A DNA stretch of 64,000 nucleotides, from contig CM052817.1 of assembly GCA_028534125.1 (NCBI GenBank), positions 19,718,001 to 19,782,000 of the forward strand, in the 5' to 3' direction. Under the pieces are notes generated by a model. That model was not told where the DNA came from. It made no database searches and saw only the letters and a list, made by a program, of their open reading frames with translations. This stretch comes from Lama glama. Lineage: Eukaryota. The stretch's first letter is position 1; the number at the start of each line of letters is the position of its first letter. The translations under genes were made by a program, and so were the position numbers. Below, one piece after another: positions 23,001 through 34,728 of the stretch.

Positions 23001-24407
23001 CTGTGGTATTGGTTGTAATTTATGCTCTTTCATTTCTTATTTTGTTTATGTGGGTCTTCTCTCTTTTCTTCTTGGTGAGCTTGGTCAGAAGTTTGTTAAT
23101 TTTGTTTACTCTTTCAAAAAATCAGTTCTTGGTCTTATTGATTTTTTCCTCTTATTTCTAAATCTCTATTTTATTTATTCTTCTCTCTGATTTTCATTCT
23201 GTCTTTCTTTCTGCTGACTTTAGATTTTGTTTGCTCTTTTTTTTTCTAATTCTTTTAGATGGCCAGCTAGATTGTTTAAGATTGTTCTTGTTTTTTGAGG
23301 AAGGCTGGTATTCCTGTGGATTTCCATCTTAGAACTGCTTTTGCTGAATTCCATTGATTTTGCGTAGTTGTGCTTCCATTGCCGTTTGTCTCAAGGTATT
23401 TGTAAATTCCTTCTTTGTTTTCATTGTTAACCCACTGATTTTTTTAGTAGTATGTTGTTTAGTAACCATTCAATCTTTTTGTTTGTTTGTTTGTTTGTGT
23501 TTCTTTCCTTCTGTGGTTGATTTCTACTTTCATTTCTTTGTGGTCAGAAAAGATGCTTGAAAAAATTTCCAATCTCTTAAATTTTTAGAGGCTTCTTTTG
23601 TGTCTGAGTAAGTGGTCTATCCTACAGAATGTTTTATGTGCACTTGAAAAGAATGTATATTCTGTTTTTTGGGTATAAGGTCTTGAAAATATCAATTATG
23701 TCTAAGTGTTCTATTGAGTCACTTAGTATTTCTGTTGCCTTATTGATATTCTCCCTGGAAGATCTGTTCATTGATGTTAGTTGGATGTTAAAGTCTCCTA
23801 CTCTTACTGTATTTCCATTGTTTCTCCCTGTATGTATGTTAATATTTGTTTTCTGTATTTAGGTGCTCCAATATTAGATGCATATATGTTACCTGTACCT
23901 GGGTATAAATTGCCTTCTTTAGTTTTGAGAAGTTTTCAGTCATAATTTCTTCAAATACATTTTTGATCCCCTTTTATCTTTCTTCTCCTTCTGGGATCCC
24001 TATTATGTGTAGATTAGCACATTTCATATTATCCCATAGATCTTTTATATTGCTTTCATTTGTTTTTTTTTAATTGTCTTTCTGGTGTTTTGATTGGGTG
24101 ATTTCCATTATCCTATCTTCCAGATTATTTATTTGTTTTCTGCATTATTCAGCTTTCTATTTATTGTCTTTAGCTAGGCTTTCTCAGCAAATGAGCTTTC
24201 TAATTTGAATTGGCTCCTCTTTATACTTTCTAGTTCCTGGTTACAGTGATCTGCATCAACAATGGGACTTTATATGGCAGACTCAGGCTCCACTGCACAC
24301 ACTCTCAGTGGTAGCCCATATCACACTGTAGCCCCTTCAGGCTGTCCCTGCACAGCCAGCTCCAGTTCTCTCCCCAGGTCTGTCATCCGAAACTGAGTTT
24401 TAGTACC
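20051..24407 (-). mobile_element. Large decayed LINE-1 (3'UTR, ORF2, part of ORF1) with internal deletions
   Basis: Poly(T) and artiodactyl-type 3'UTR from ~20051. ORF2p peptides [11 protein letters not shown]...[10 protein letters not shown] (21507-21785) and MDKFLETY...LNQEEID...KSPGSNGFTGEFYQ (22743-22934). Jump from endonuclease region to ORF1 (VFEEIMTENFSKL) near 23890; many stops and frameshifts. Confidence 0.95.
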
Positions 24408-24907
24408 NNNNNNNNNNNNNNNNNNNNNNNNNNNNNNNNNNNNNNNNNNNNNNNNNNNNNNNNNNNNNNNNNNNNNNNNNNNNNNNNNNNNNNNNNNNNN
24501 NNNNNNNNNNNNNNNNNNNNNNNNNNNNNNNNNNNNNNNNNNNNNNNNNNNNNNNNNNNNNNNNNNNNNNNNNNNNNNNNNNNNNNNNNNNNNNNNNNNN
24601 NNNNNNNNNNNNNNNNNNNNNNNNNNNNNNNNNNNNNNNNNNNNNNNNNNNNNNNNNNNNNNNNNNNNNNNNNNNNNNNNNNNNNNNNNNNNNNNNNNNN
24701 NNNNNNNNNNNNNNNNNNNNNNNNNNNNNNNNNNNNNNNNNNNNNNNNNNNNNNNNNNNNNNNNNNNNNNNNNNNNNNNNNNNNNNNNNNNNNNNNNNNN
24801 NNNNNNNNNNNNNNNNNNNNNNNNNNNNNNNNNNNNNNNNNNNNNNNNNNNNNNNNNNNNNNNNNNNNNNNNNNNNNNNNNNNNNNNNNNNNNNNNNNNN
24901 NNNNNNN
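24408..24907. other. Assembly gap (500 N)
   Basis: Run of N. Confidence 1.
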
Positions 24908-25731
24908 TGTGAAGTTTTATTTTGTTTCTTTGATTGGGTTATGTTTCTCTGTTTCTTTGAATACTTTGTTTTTAAATTGAAGTATAGTTGATTTACCATG
25001 TTGTATTGGTTTCAGGTGTATAGCACAGTGATTCAGTTATACATACATATATATATTTATATTCTTTTTCATTATGTAATTACAGGTTATTGAATATAGT
25101 TCCCTGTGCTACGCAGTAGGACCTTGATGTTTATCTATTCTGTATATAGTATTTTTTAATTTTTTGCTGGGATGAGGGCATTTGAAAAAACAGCCACCTC
25201 TCTTAGTCTCTGAGTCTGCAGTTTCCTTCTGCAGGGAAGACCTAGGATCTCGCAAAACTTTTCTGGTACTTTCCTCCCTGCACTGTCTGCCTGCAAAACT
25301 ACAGTTCTAATGCTGTAGAATTGCTATTCTGTGTTCAGCAACTTCCAAACTCCTACCAGTCCTGTCTGTGCTCTGAGCCAGATGAGACAGCAACCATCTC
25401 TAGGGCCGCCCACGGATGAGCCAGAACATTGGACACTGGACCCACTCTTTAGCTCCCATCCTGAAGGAGGAGCCCCAGTATGAAGGGTTCCTTCTGGTTC
25501 CTCTGCTGCATGAGGAGAAGGGCATGAATGAGTATGCAGATTCAGGTAATATTCCTAAACTTTTGCTGGACTTCCTTCTTGGTTTTAAAATGGTCTGAGT
25601 GCTGTAGCTTCCCAGTGGGTCTCTGGAGTTCCCACAGAGGTTTCTGGTCCGTATAGTGTTGTTAACTTGGTGTGTCTTTAGGGGAAGAAGGGCCTATAGC
25701 TTCCTAGCCTGCAGTCTTTCTGATATCTTCC
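24908..25731 (-). mobile_element. L1M-type 5'UTR/ORF1 start, interrupted by a younger L1 3' fragment
   Basis: ORF1 N-terminal-like KKQRNITQSKKQNKTS, gggcatttgaaaaaacagccacctctc, and an L1 5' start-like cttcctagcctgcagtctttctgatatcttcc at ~25700-25731. Confidence 0.65.
24969..25150 (-). mobile_element. Short lineage-type L1 3' end nested in the older L1
   Basis: ttgaagtatagttgatttacc...gaatatagttccctgtgctacgcagtaggacc, highly similar to 20085-20260. Confidence 0.85.
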
Positions 25732-28700
25732 CCCCAAAATACATATTTTTGAACAGTATGTTGATTAAGTACTCTGTCAACTCCTACAGGGGATGCATAT
25801 TATCAGTTCTTCAAAATAATACATTATCTATTGGAGTCTTTACAAATAATATGTAATCTCAGTCATCTAAATAAATAACCATGAAAGTTTGCAAAAAAAG
25901 AACTAGAAATACTACCATAGTTTTTAAAATAAGATGACTACTCATGAGTAGAAAATCACAGATCTTTTCATGGAAGGGAAAAGAAAAAAATAAACAATTC
26001 AACAAGTTTCATAGCAGGATGAAGTTAAGGGAAGACTATTTCAAATGAAAGTTCAAAGGTGAATAAAGGCACCGATGCGGATATATGAAAGCCAAGCTTA
26101 CTAAGAAATAATGATTAATCAACTTGATGTGTACTATGAGTTTATAAGAAATATAAAGAGAAGAAAAACAAGGATTTGTATTGTAATATGTTAGCCTTCA
26201 CTATCAGACTAAAAAGTTTAGATAGTATCTTTTAGTAAATTTTAAAATCACTAAGATTTAGTGATTGAGTGCAAGATTGAGATAGGAAGTCTATGAAGTT
26301 AGGATAATTTTATTAATAGTATTTGTAGAACAGTGAAAACAAATAGATTTATAGCTGGAATCATTTTAGTAGTAAGAAGAGGCACAAGCAGAAGGAATTT
26401 TGTTTCTCTCAAAAACTAAAGTACAAAATAGACATTATGCTATAAACTGCATGAGAAATCATGCTATTTCCATTTTTGCTTTTTTTGGTTATATTAAAAT
26501 GCTGAGGAAATTGATATATGAGCTTCATATTTGCAGGTAAAAATATAAATTGGTGACAAATACGCTTTTTTGGACAAACTTAATCATGATTCCTCATATT
26601 TGTTAATTCTGCTGAAATAATTTTAATTGATCAATTCCATTGATATGATTACTTATTCAAACCATTGTCTTGGTCAGAAAATTTTTGCACAGTGTCAGGC
26701 AGGCAGAAAATGTGGTTAACTTGTAATTATCTGCATCTCAAACTTGCACAAATACTTTTTTCCCTCATTAGAGATTTGACTAGAAATTCTCAAGTTATGA
26801 TTTTCTGCAACATTTCTCTTTTTCATATTCTCTGTATCTGTCACCTTCTTTATTCTCCAAACTTTTGGAAAAAAGACAGTAATTTTCTGAATTTTTTAAG
26901 TTCAGTGAATTTTTCTTAAAATTAAGCAATTGTTTTGAAGTTCCATCTACTGTTTCAAAAAAAGTACTTTTCAATAAAAATTTTAGAAACTAATAAATCC
27001 TTAAGAAATATTTGTAATAAACTAAAACAGAACAAGTGCCACATAGGGCTGTCTATATATTTCAGCTTTTATTAAAGCTATGTTAATATGAAGTTCCATT
27101 ATTTTGATATTTACTCCTCACTGTGTTGACAGATCCAAATCAATGTTCAAATATCAATTAATGCATAAACTAGAGGTAGACAATTATGTTAAATTATTTT
27201 TCTTATGAGAGCATTTTGTTAAATCTGAATTTAACAGGATTGTGTTAGTATAAATTTTTTAAAAAATTGTGTACCTAGACTATTTTAAATGGGTAATTTT
27301 CATTTATGAATTTTTTCTTTTCTTCTTTTGGGCTGTATAGTTTTCTTATATATGTTATAAATACATCAATACATTACCATGCTCAAGGAGTAGCATTTGG
27401 TATGTTAGTAACTTTTGAAAAGAGTAGCATCTCCATGAGTTAAATGTATGAGACACTGAATATAGGATAAAAACATAGCATAGAATCTGCTAATTTTATG
27501 TATTTTCCAAGTTAATGATAATCAGTTGTTCAAATATTGAAAGCAGAGATGGAACTGAGTGCTAAAGAACAATCACATATTTGATCCCTTCATTTGTGTA
27601 ATGATATTATGAAACATATTAATAAATTTCCATCATGGAAAGAATGGAAAGTATTTGGCCATCAAGTTAGAACTGTGAAAAGCTTAACCAAATTTATGAA
27701 ACTGTAAGTATTTATAATTCTTTAGCTAAGGTTCTCTTAGGTAAACATAATTTTGTGATACATTGAATTTTGAATAAAAACTCTAAAATGGTTATTCGTA
27801 GTAGTAGTAGTATACCCCTGTATCTCCCCTTAAAATAATTTACTAATCAAACTGTTTCTAATGTAGTATTTAGTAATCTAGCTTATGTTAAGGAAACATA
27901 TAAAATTACAAAATATAGCTTTTGTTCAAAATGGAAATATCACTGAGTTCATCCTACCTACAAGTTCAATAATTTGATCTTTTAGTTAGCTTATTTTTTG
28001 TTAATCATTCTTAGAAAATTCCCATTGAGTTTTATTTATTGTTGAAAATTGCTTATCTACTCCCATTACTACCCTCATAAACTCATAAAAAACTAGGTGC
28101 CACCAAAAGGAGACAAGTTTCATAAGTGAATGAATGCACCTGAAAGACACATCATGGGTGTGTCAGGGACAGGTCTACAAGAAGTCCAGTTCTACTAATC
28201 CTTTAGCTTTCCTGTTTGAAGTAACTAGTCATGCTGACTAACAGAGAGGTTAGCCACTCTTATTTTTCTTACCTTTTCCCATAGGCTTCATGGGCTCTTT
28301 TTTATTCTGGCAAATCACTTGCATCTTTGCTGCTGTAGACATGCTGATAACTGATGCTCTGTCATGTGTATGATGCCATCGGACTTGGACCTCAGCTTTC
28401 CTATTTAACAGCAAAATAGAACTGCTTGTATTGTGCATACTACTGGATTAATCTTATATAGCTGAGGCCAAATTTTGTTACTTGTCTCAATCTGATCCAG
28501 AACCTGCAAAAACGATTTTCTTCACTTAGATAGCAAATTGCTGGATTCCATCAACTGTGGTGTGGAAATGGTGCAGGAGGCAGAATCCTAGATTATAACA
28601 GACTTAGATCGCAGCCTCCAAACCCATAAAACAATTTTCAAAACATGATAATGTTTCCTGAAACTTTATGTGTCATTCTAAATTCTTTCTAGAATCAAGG

Positions 28701-29179
28701 ATCACTAATTTTAATATAGCTAAAACATGTGTGGGCAAACTGAATAAGGGAAGTGTGCTAGTGATGGCATTAGTCCCCTCTTTTGTTCTCTATTTGTAGT
28801 TGAGAATGACCCCAATGTCCAATGGAAAAGGACACTTAAATTATACCCTGCTGGAAGATTAGCTCTAAATACCCCTAAGAAGAAGAAGTTATCAAAATCC
28901 AAGACAATATATAGTAATTATTCATTACTTACTTTAAAAATGTCATATTGAACCTAATTACTTTAAATTCCAAAACTTTATTATCACTAAGAGTTATACT
29001 TATTTCAAAATATAAAAATTGCTAAAATTAATTAGCTATTTCAAATGACAACAGCAAATATAAAACTGTGTGTCTATGTAATGATTTACTTTCTGCTCTC
29101 TCATTATTATAGATTTATTGTCATTTATTGATTTCCACTTTTCCTATTAATACATGTCTCATGGACTCCTATATTGAAA

Positions 29180-30215
29180 AGTAATTTTTATTATAAAAAT
29201 TTTAAACATATGCATAAATGGAGAGTATTTTAAATGAACTTCCATAGTTTTAACTCAAAGACTTTTTTTTCTTCTCTACCCTCACTGGATTTGCTCTAAG
29301 CAAATTCTCAGACCTTGTGTCATTTTACCCATAAATATTGTAAAATATATGTTTACAACCAAAACTCATTAAAAAGTAACAACCATACTATTGTTAAAAC
29401 TTCAATATACTAAGAATTGCTTAATATCATCAAATAAGCAGTCAGTGATCAACTTTTCTCATTATCCTATAAATGCTTTTTTAAAAAATGTTGATTTACT
29501 AAAGTCAGGATGGATGCATACATTGGATGAATTATATCAAGAAAATCTCTTAACCTATAAATAACTCATAACCCCCATTTTTATTTTCCTTGCAATCTAC
29601 TTTTTAAAGAAACTCGATCATATTTCCTTGGAGCTAGAATATTCTGGATTTCACAAATTATTTTCCCATTAGGTCATTTAACAAGTTCTCCTGGCTACTA
29701 TATTTCTGTGAAATGGTTAGGTAGTTAAACCTAAAAGCTTGATCATGCTAAGCTGGATTCATTTTGTGTGTGTGGAGGGCAGCAGTGGGGAGAGGGTTAT
29801 AATAGTTCCTAGTAATGTTGTGTGTGTACTTCCATTGTAAGACTCATAAAGTCCAGTTGTCTCTCTGTGCAATATTAGTCACCACCATGTCCATTGCCTC
29901 GATCCGTAGATTCGTTATTTCTCTAGAGGTCTGAAAAAACCATATTCTAATTTTATCATTTTCCTTAATTTCTAAGCTAAAGAGTGAGTTTTCTACCATC
30001 AAGTATTCAGCTACACTGAGGTACAGATTGTGGAGGAAAGGCAGTGAAATGCTTGACTTCCCCATTTTCCCTTATTTATCAATTTAGAATATGATTTGCT
30101 GACTCTGCATATTTAAAGATTAAAATTTATTTTAATATGTAATCGTCATTATAAAATCATAAATTTTTAATGTATATGTTTCAATTAATTTTAGCCATTA
30201 TTCTTAATAATGCTT
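29180..30215 (-). mobile_element. Old L1 3' end (L1MC4/5-like)
   Basis: aagcaaattctcagac...ttaatatcatcaaataagcagtcagtg...aagaaactcgatcat...attctggattt resembles the antisense L1MC5 3' end. Confidence 0.7.
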
Positions 30216-30289
30216 AGTAGAATGTATTATTTGTTTCTAACTATTCATTCATTCCCCTCCATTGGTATCTTTAGTTTTTCTTGCCTTCT

Positions 30290-30450
30290 CTGTCTCACCG
30301 ACTTTCACTTTTGCCTCCTGACTTACTCTGGCCAGCAGAAGGTGAATGGGTTTGACATTTGCCATGTTGTAGTATAAGCTTTTAGAGGCAATGGAAGTTT
30401 CTGCCACCTGTTGTTTTTTGTTCTCCGACTTGAAGGAAGACAGTGAAGAC
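30290..30450 (+). mobile_element. Old MLT1 LTR fragment
   Basis: tgacttactctggccagcagaaggtgaatgggtttgacatttgcca...aagcttttagaggc. Confidence 0.45.
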
Positions 30451-30619
30451 AGATGTATTTTTCATTTTCTGTGCTTATATTCAGCGTCTTTCTTAGTGGA
30501 TTTCTTAGACTATGTTATTACAAATAATACTTCAACAGGCACCTTTGGTCTATGTATGCATACTATATCTATATCTGTATCTATGTCTATCTATATATCA
30601 ATATATACTTGATCAACAG

Positions 30620-30880
30620 TTTAATATGTAACAGTTGAAGGATTATTCAAAATTCCTCTACAGAAGTTTTGCACTTTAATATATACGGTCAGCAGTATTA
30701 TACATCACTTTTTCTCCCAACTGTTCTCTAAAAATGCCATATCTCACTTTTTATCTTAATTTAATAGATGAACAATAGTTTCTTGTCATTTCAACTTGTA
30801 TATTTTTAACTATGGGCCAGTTTAAGCATCCTTTTTAAAGTTCATAGGATATTTGTATTTATTTTGTAAACAGTCATCTT
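30620..30880 (-). mobile_element. L1ME-like fragment
   Basis: cagcagtattatac...taatagatgaacaatagtttcttgtcatttcaacttgtatattt...ttaagcatccttt. Confidence 0.5.
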
Positions 30881-31399
30881 CTGTACTAGAAGATTCCTAT
30901 TTTGCTATTTCACAATAGGATTTATTTCAGTATGCTTTGCAAAACATGTGCAATGTTCATAAGGGAAAATAAATAGATGATATAATTTTAATAAAAAGGA
31001 AAGTATCAAGTGACTTGCACTATTAGATATTAATATTTTAATGAAAAACAGTAATAAAGAACTTCAGCATCAAGAAAGAAATAGAATAAAATAATATAAA
31101 GATCAGATTCAGAAGAAACGTACAGTAAACATTTAATGTGCTGAAATTGCCTTCTAAATTAGTCAGGGAAAGCTGAAGTATTTAATTAATATTGAAAGAC
31201 AGAGATGCACATAAAAGCATAATGAAAATAGAATTAAACATAGGTAAACTTTATATGCAGTTTAACTTTGGAGAATATCTATGTTTAAAATTAAGATATC
31301 CTAAGAGGAAAGACGGATTTGATCAATCAATTGATATTTTTCCCACCAGTGTTTCATCATCATCTAGTGCTTTCCATTATAACAAAATAACAGAACTTC

Positions 31400-32440
31400 A
31401 TTGACTGTTCATATCTTTCATCTTTTTGACCTTTATTTCATCTTCCATAAGTTCCCTCATCCTTCTTCTGCCCTTCAGGGAAAAGGTTTTTCAGTTCTAT
31501 TCACTTTCAGTCCCTACTTCCTTCCCTTCTCTTAACTATGTAAGTACTCCCACTGAGGTTTCTGTAACACCAATGCCCTGAAAATATTCTTTGCAAGATT
31601 TCCAACAGCATTCATCTGACTAGTGCGAAGGACACTCTCTGTTCCCAGTTTATTCAGTCTCTCAAGATCATTACATAAGTTCTCTGAAAAACCTTTGTCT
31701 TAGCTTCAGTGACACCATACTCACCAGGATTATTCCCTAGGTCTATGGTCAGTCCTTTTCAGTTCCATTTGTTTGCTCCCCTGCTCTACCTAAGCTCCAA
31801 ATATTGAAATATCTTAAGAATCAGTATTGGTCTTCTGCTCCAACCAATGATTTTCCAAGTGGTCCAATCTGTTTCCATAGTTTCATGTATCATGTCTATG
31901 TTGAAGACTCCCTAACTCACATCTCTCCTTTGAGTTCATGAATTCTATGCCCAGCTCCTCTCTTAATATATTAATTTGCTTATCGAGAAGGGATTTCAAA
32001 ATGTATGCCTAAATTGGAAGACTTGATTTTATGCTTCAAAATCTGCTGCAATCCAACTCATTTTAGTTTAAAAAAAAAAAACACTATTCTAACAGCTCAA
32101 GACATTAACTAATTTTCAGCTTTGATTCTTTATACTGTATACGCAATACATTTGCAGAAGTATTATTTCCCTTTTTTTTAATGAGGGGAAGGTAATTAGG
32201 TTTGTTTGTTTGTTTGTTTGTTTATATTTGGAGGAGGTACTGGGGTTGAACCCACGACCTTGTGCATGCTAAGCATGCGCTCTACCACTTGAGTTATATC
32301 CTCCCCCCCCCACAGAAGTATTATTTCTACATGGAAAATATATCTGATTCTTCCTGTTTTTCTCCATCACTACTGTCAAACATCATCTGCATCTGAACGA
32401 CTGCTGCTAAAGACCCCCATCTCATCTCCATGCTTTCCTG
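31400..32440 (+). mobile_element. LINE-2 internal (RT region) fragment, interrupted by a SINE
   Basis: ttagcttcagtgacaccatactc...tatcatgtctatgttgaagactccc...tttctccatcactactgtc are L2 hallmarks. Confidence 0.75.
32170..32312 (-). mobile_element. tRNA-derived SINE (camelid Vic-1 type)
   Basis: Minus strand reads GGGGAGGATATAACTCAAGTGGTAGAGCGCATGCTTAGCATGCACAAGGTCGTGGGTTCAACCCCAGTACCTCC + (AAAC)n + A-tail. A/B boxes present; perfect 15-bp TSD CAGAAGTATTATTTC (32155-32169 / 32313-32327). Confidence 0.92.
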
Positions 32441-32469
32441 GAGAATTGTCCTTTAACTAATGGGGACAG

Positions 32470-32720
32470 CTCTCTAGAAAGACCCTGGGAATTGCACCAT
32501 CACTGATACGAAGGTGAATGGCCGTGCCTCGGGGGATGCAAACACCAAGATGCAACTCAGTATCCTTGAAAACACCTCTTTGTCTAGCTTCTTTCCCCAT
32601 CCTATCTTGTTTCACAAACTTTTTTACAGTTTTGTCCAAAATACACTTCCTTAACAAATCACCTATCTAACAGTCATCTATAACCTCTGGCTCTGTTTCT
32701 AAGCAAACTGACTTGGACGT
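32470..32720 (+). mobile_element. ERVL LTR16/LTR33-like 3' fragment
   Basis: cacttccttaacaaatcacct...ctctggctctgtttctaagcaaactgacttggac resembles the LTR16 terminus. Confidence 0.55.
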
Positions 32721-34334
32721 CAACCTTAACCATATGGGCAGATAACATTCAACGTGACCTGACAGCACAGAATTGGGAATGGCTGTTTTCTTTGTTTGTT
32801 TGTTTTGTTTTTGATAAAGGCTCTGTAGATATTTGACTCAGTTTTTCATTTAAACAGATGAAAGATGTTACCTAAAAGAAATACTATTTTAAAAGTTACA
32901 GAGGAACAAAAATATTACACTTGGGGCAAAGTAATAAGTTTAGTGGATCTGGAAATAGAATAGTAAAAAATAGTGGGAAGAGACGGCATTGGAGTGGAAA
33001 TTAAGGGAAAGCTGGTGAAGCTACATGGAGCAGAATCTTAGCAATTGTTTAAGCTGTTATTGACATGATTAAAATTTTAAATTAGAATGCTATCATGGTT
33101 GTTCCTTTCTGCTCTGGTTAGGGAGTTTCCAGAAATATTGACATCCTAATTCAGAAGCAACCTTGCCCTGAAACTGCCATTGGCAATATCATTAAAACTC
33201 TTGCTTTCAACATTTCTATTTCTTGTTGAATTTTGGTTTGTTCATTCCATGCCTCATCTTTCTCGCATATATATCACATTCTGTCTTAAAGGAAGGGGAT
33301 TTTCCATTTAAGTTTTTTTTTGGGGGGGGGGATATTTTTAAACAGAATTCCCAGTGTCACATATTCATACCAAACAATCTAGAAAATGTACGGGTTTTGT
33401 AAATATTTTGAGTGCTTTCAATTATAACACACAACTAAGAGAGTGCAATAAAGCAGTTCAATTCTTATACTATCCCAACAACCTATTTAGAATTTTTCAA
33501 AAATGGAGCAAGAATTAAAGAAATAAATTAGAACAGAGTTTTTCTAGCAGAATTATAACTGTCACCAAAAGTCTTTTTTTTCTCTTCCTACCCTTTAAAA
33601 TATATGCTTATATATTTTTCACATTGATTTTGCATTAGAGGCTCCAAGTTCCAGACTGTATTCAGCTCTCCAGAGTGAGAACTACAAGTCCCCAAGAGGC
33701 TTACCTTGACAGCTGAGAACTTTATACAGGCTTGACACAGTTTAACCCTGAAGAGGCTGTGGGTTATTTTTATCTACCCACCTTACGATCTTTCTTAGCA
33801 GTATGGCTCTTTCAACTTATTTTTATAAAACAAAACAAAGATGATCATGTCTACACTTCCCCTACATTATCTGATGACTCTTCATTTAATATACCTGACT
33901 ACTTCTATATTTTTGTGAATAATATCTGAAATACAGAACTTGTATGAGTTTAGACTACCTTAGACGTTGTCTGACGACCACCCTGAAGACGAGGATGAAT
34001 GCCCTTGATCCAATTACATAGGGTCTGTGTGTGTATGTGTCTGTGGTGTGGTTGTGATTATGATTATTTCTGTTGTTGCTGAAGTGTCATAAGAGTAGAA
34101 AAATTTGGTCTAAATTAATCCAAAAATCATCTTTTAATTAAATAGAAAATCTATAGAGTAGGTTTGCATACCATCTTTACTGTAGAAAAATATGAGAAAA
34201 TGATGGACAAACTAGAACTGAAATTAGATCAGAAATTTTATTTTCTGAAATAGAATTTTCCCTGACATTGTAAACTTGTTTGAATCATAACATACAAAGT
34301 TTTCACAAACGACATAAATGGTAAATAACTTTAA

Positions 34335-34728
34335 TGTATTAGTTTGCTAGGACTGCAAACAAAGTACCACAAACTCAATGGCTTAAACAACAAAAATGTG
34401 TGGTCTCACAGTTCTGCAGGCTAGGAGTCCCACATCAAGTTACAGGTAGAGCTGGTTCCTTCTGAAGTCTGTGAGGAAGGGGAATGTTTCGACTTCTCTC
34501 TTTTGTTTCTGGATGGCTGGCTCCTCTGCCCCCTTCAAATCTGTCTTCCAAGTCTGTCTGTCTCTAAATTTCCCCTTTTGATGAAGGCACTAGTCATATG
34601 GATAAGAGGCCCACCCTAATGACCTAATTTTAACTTGGTTACCTCTATAAAGACCTTACATATTCTGAGGTACTGGGCCTTAGGACATCAACGTATGAAT
34701 TAAGGGGAGAACAATTCAATCCATAACA
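34335..34728 (-). mobile_element. MaLR solo LTR (MLT1B/C-like)
   Basis: TGTATTAGTTTGCTAGGACTGC...ACAATTCAATCCATAACA with a perfect 5-bp TSD TTTAA. Confidence 0.92.

Noticed and set aside
24400..24999. Long ORFs of 173-199 aa here and at 47541-48113
   Set aside because: Artefacts of N runs translated as X.
32235..32310. Possible tRNA-Ala gene
   Set aside because: The A-rich tail, simple-repeat linker and 15-bp TSD show it is a SINE head.
33681..33700. ACTACAAGTCCCC resembling the ZNF143/THAP11 promoter motif
   Set aside because: Imperfect, isolated and with no CpG island context.
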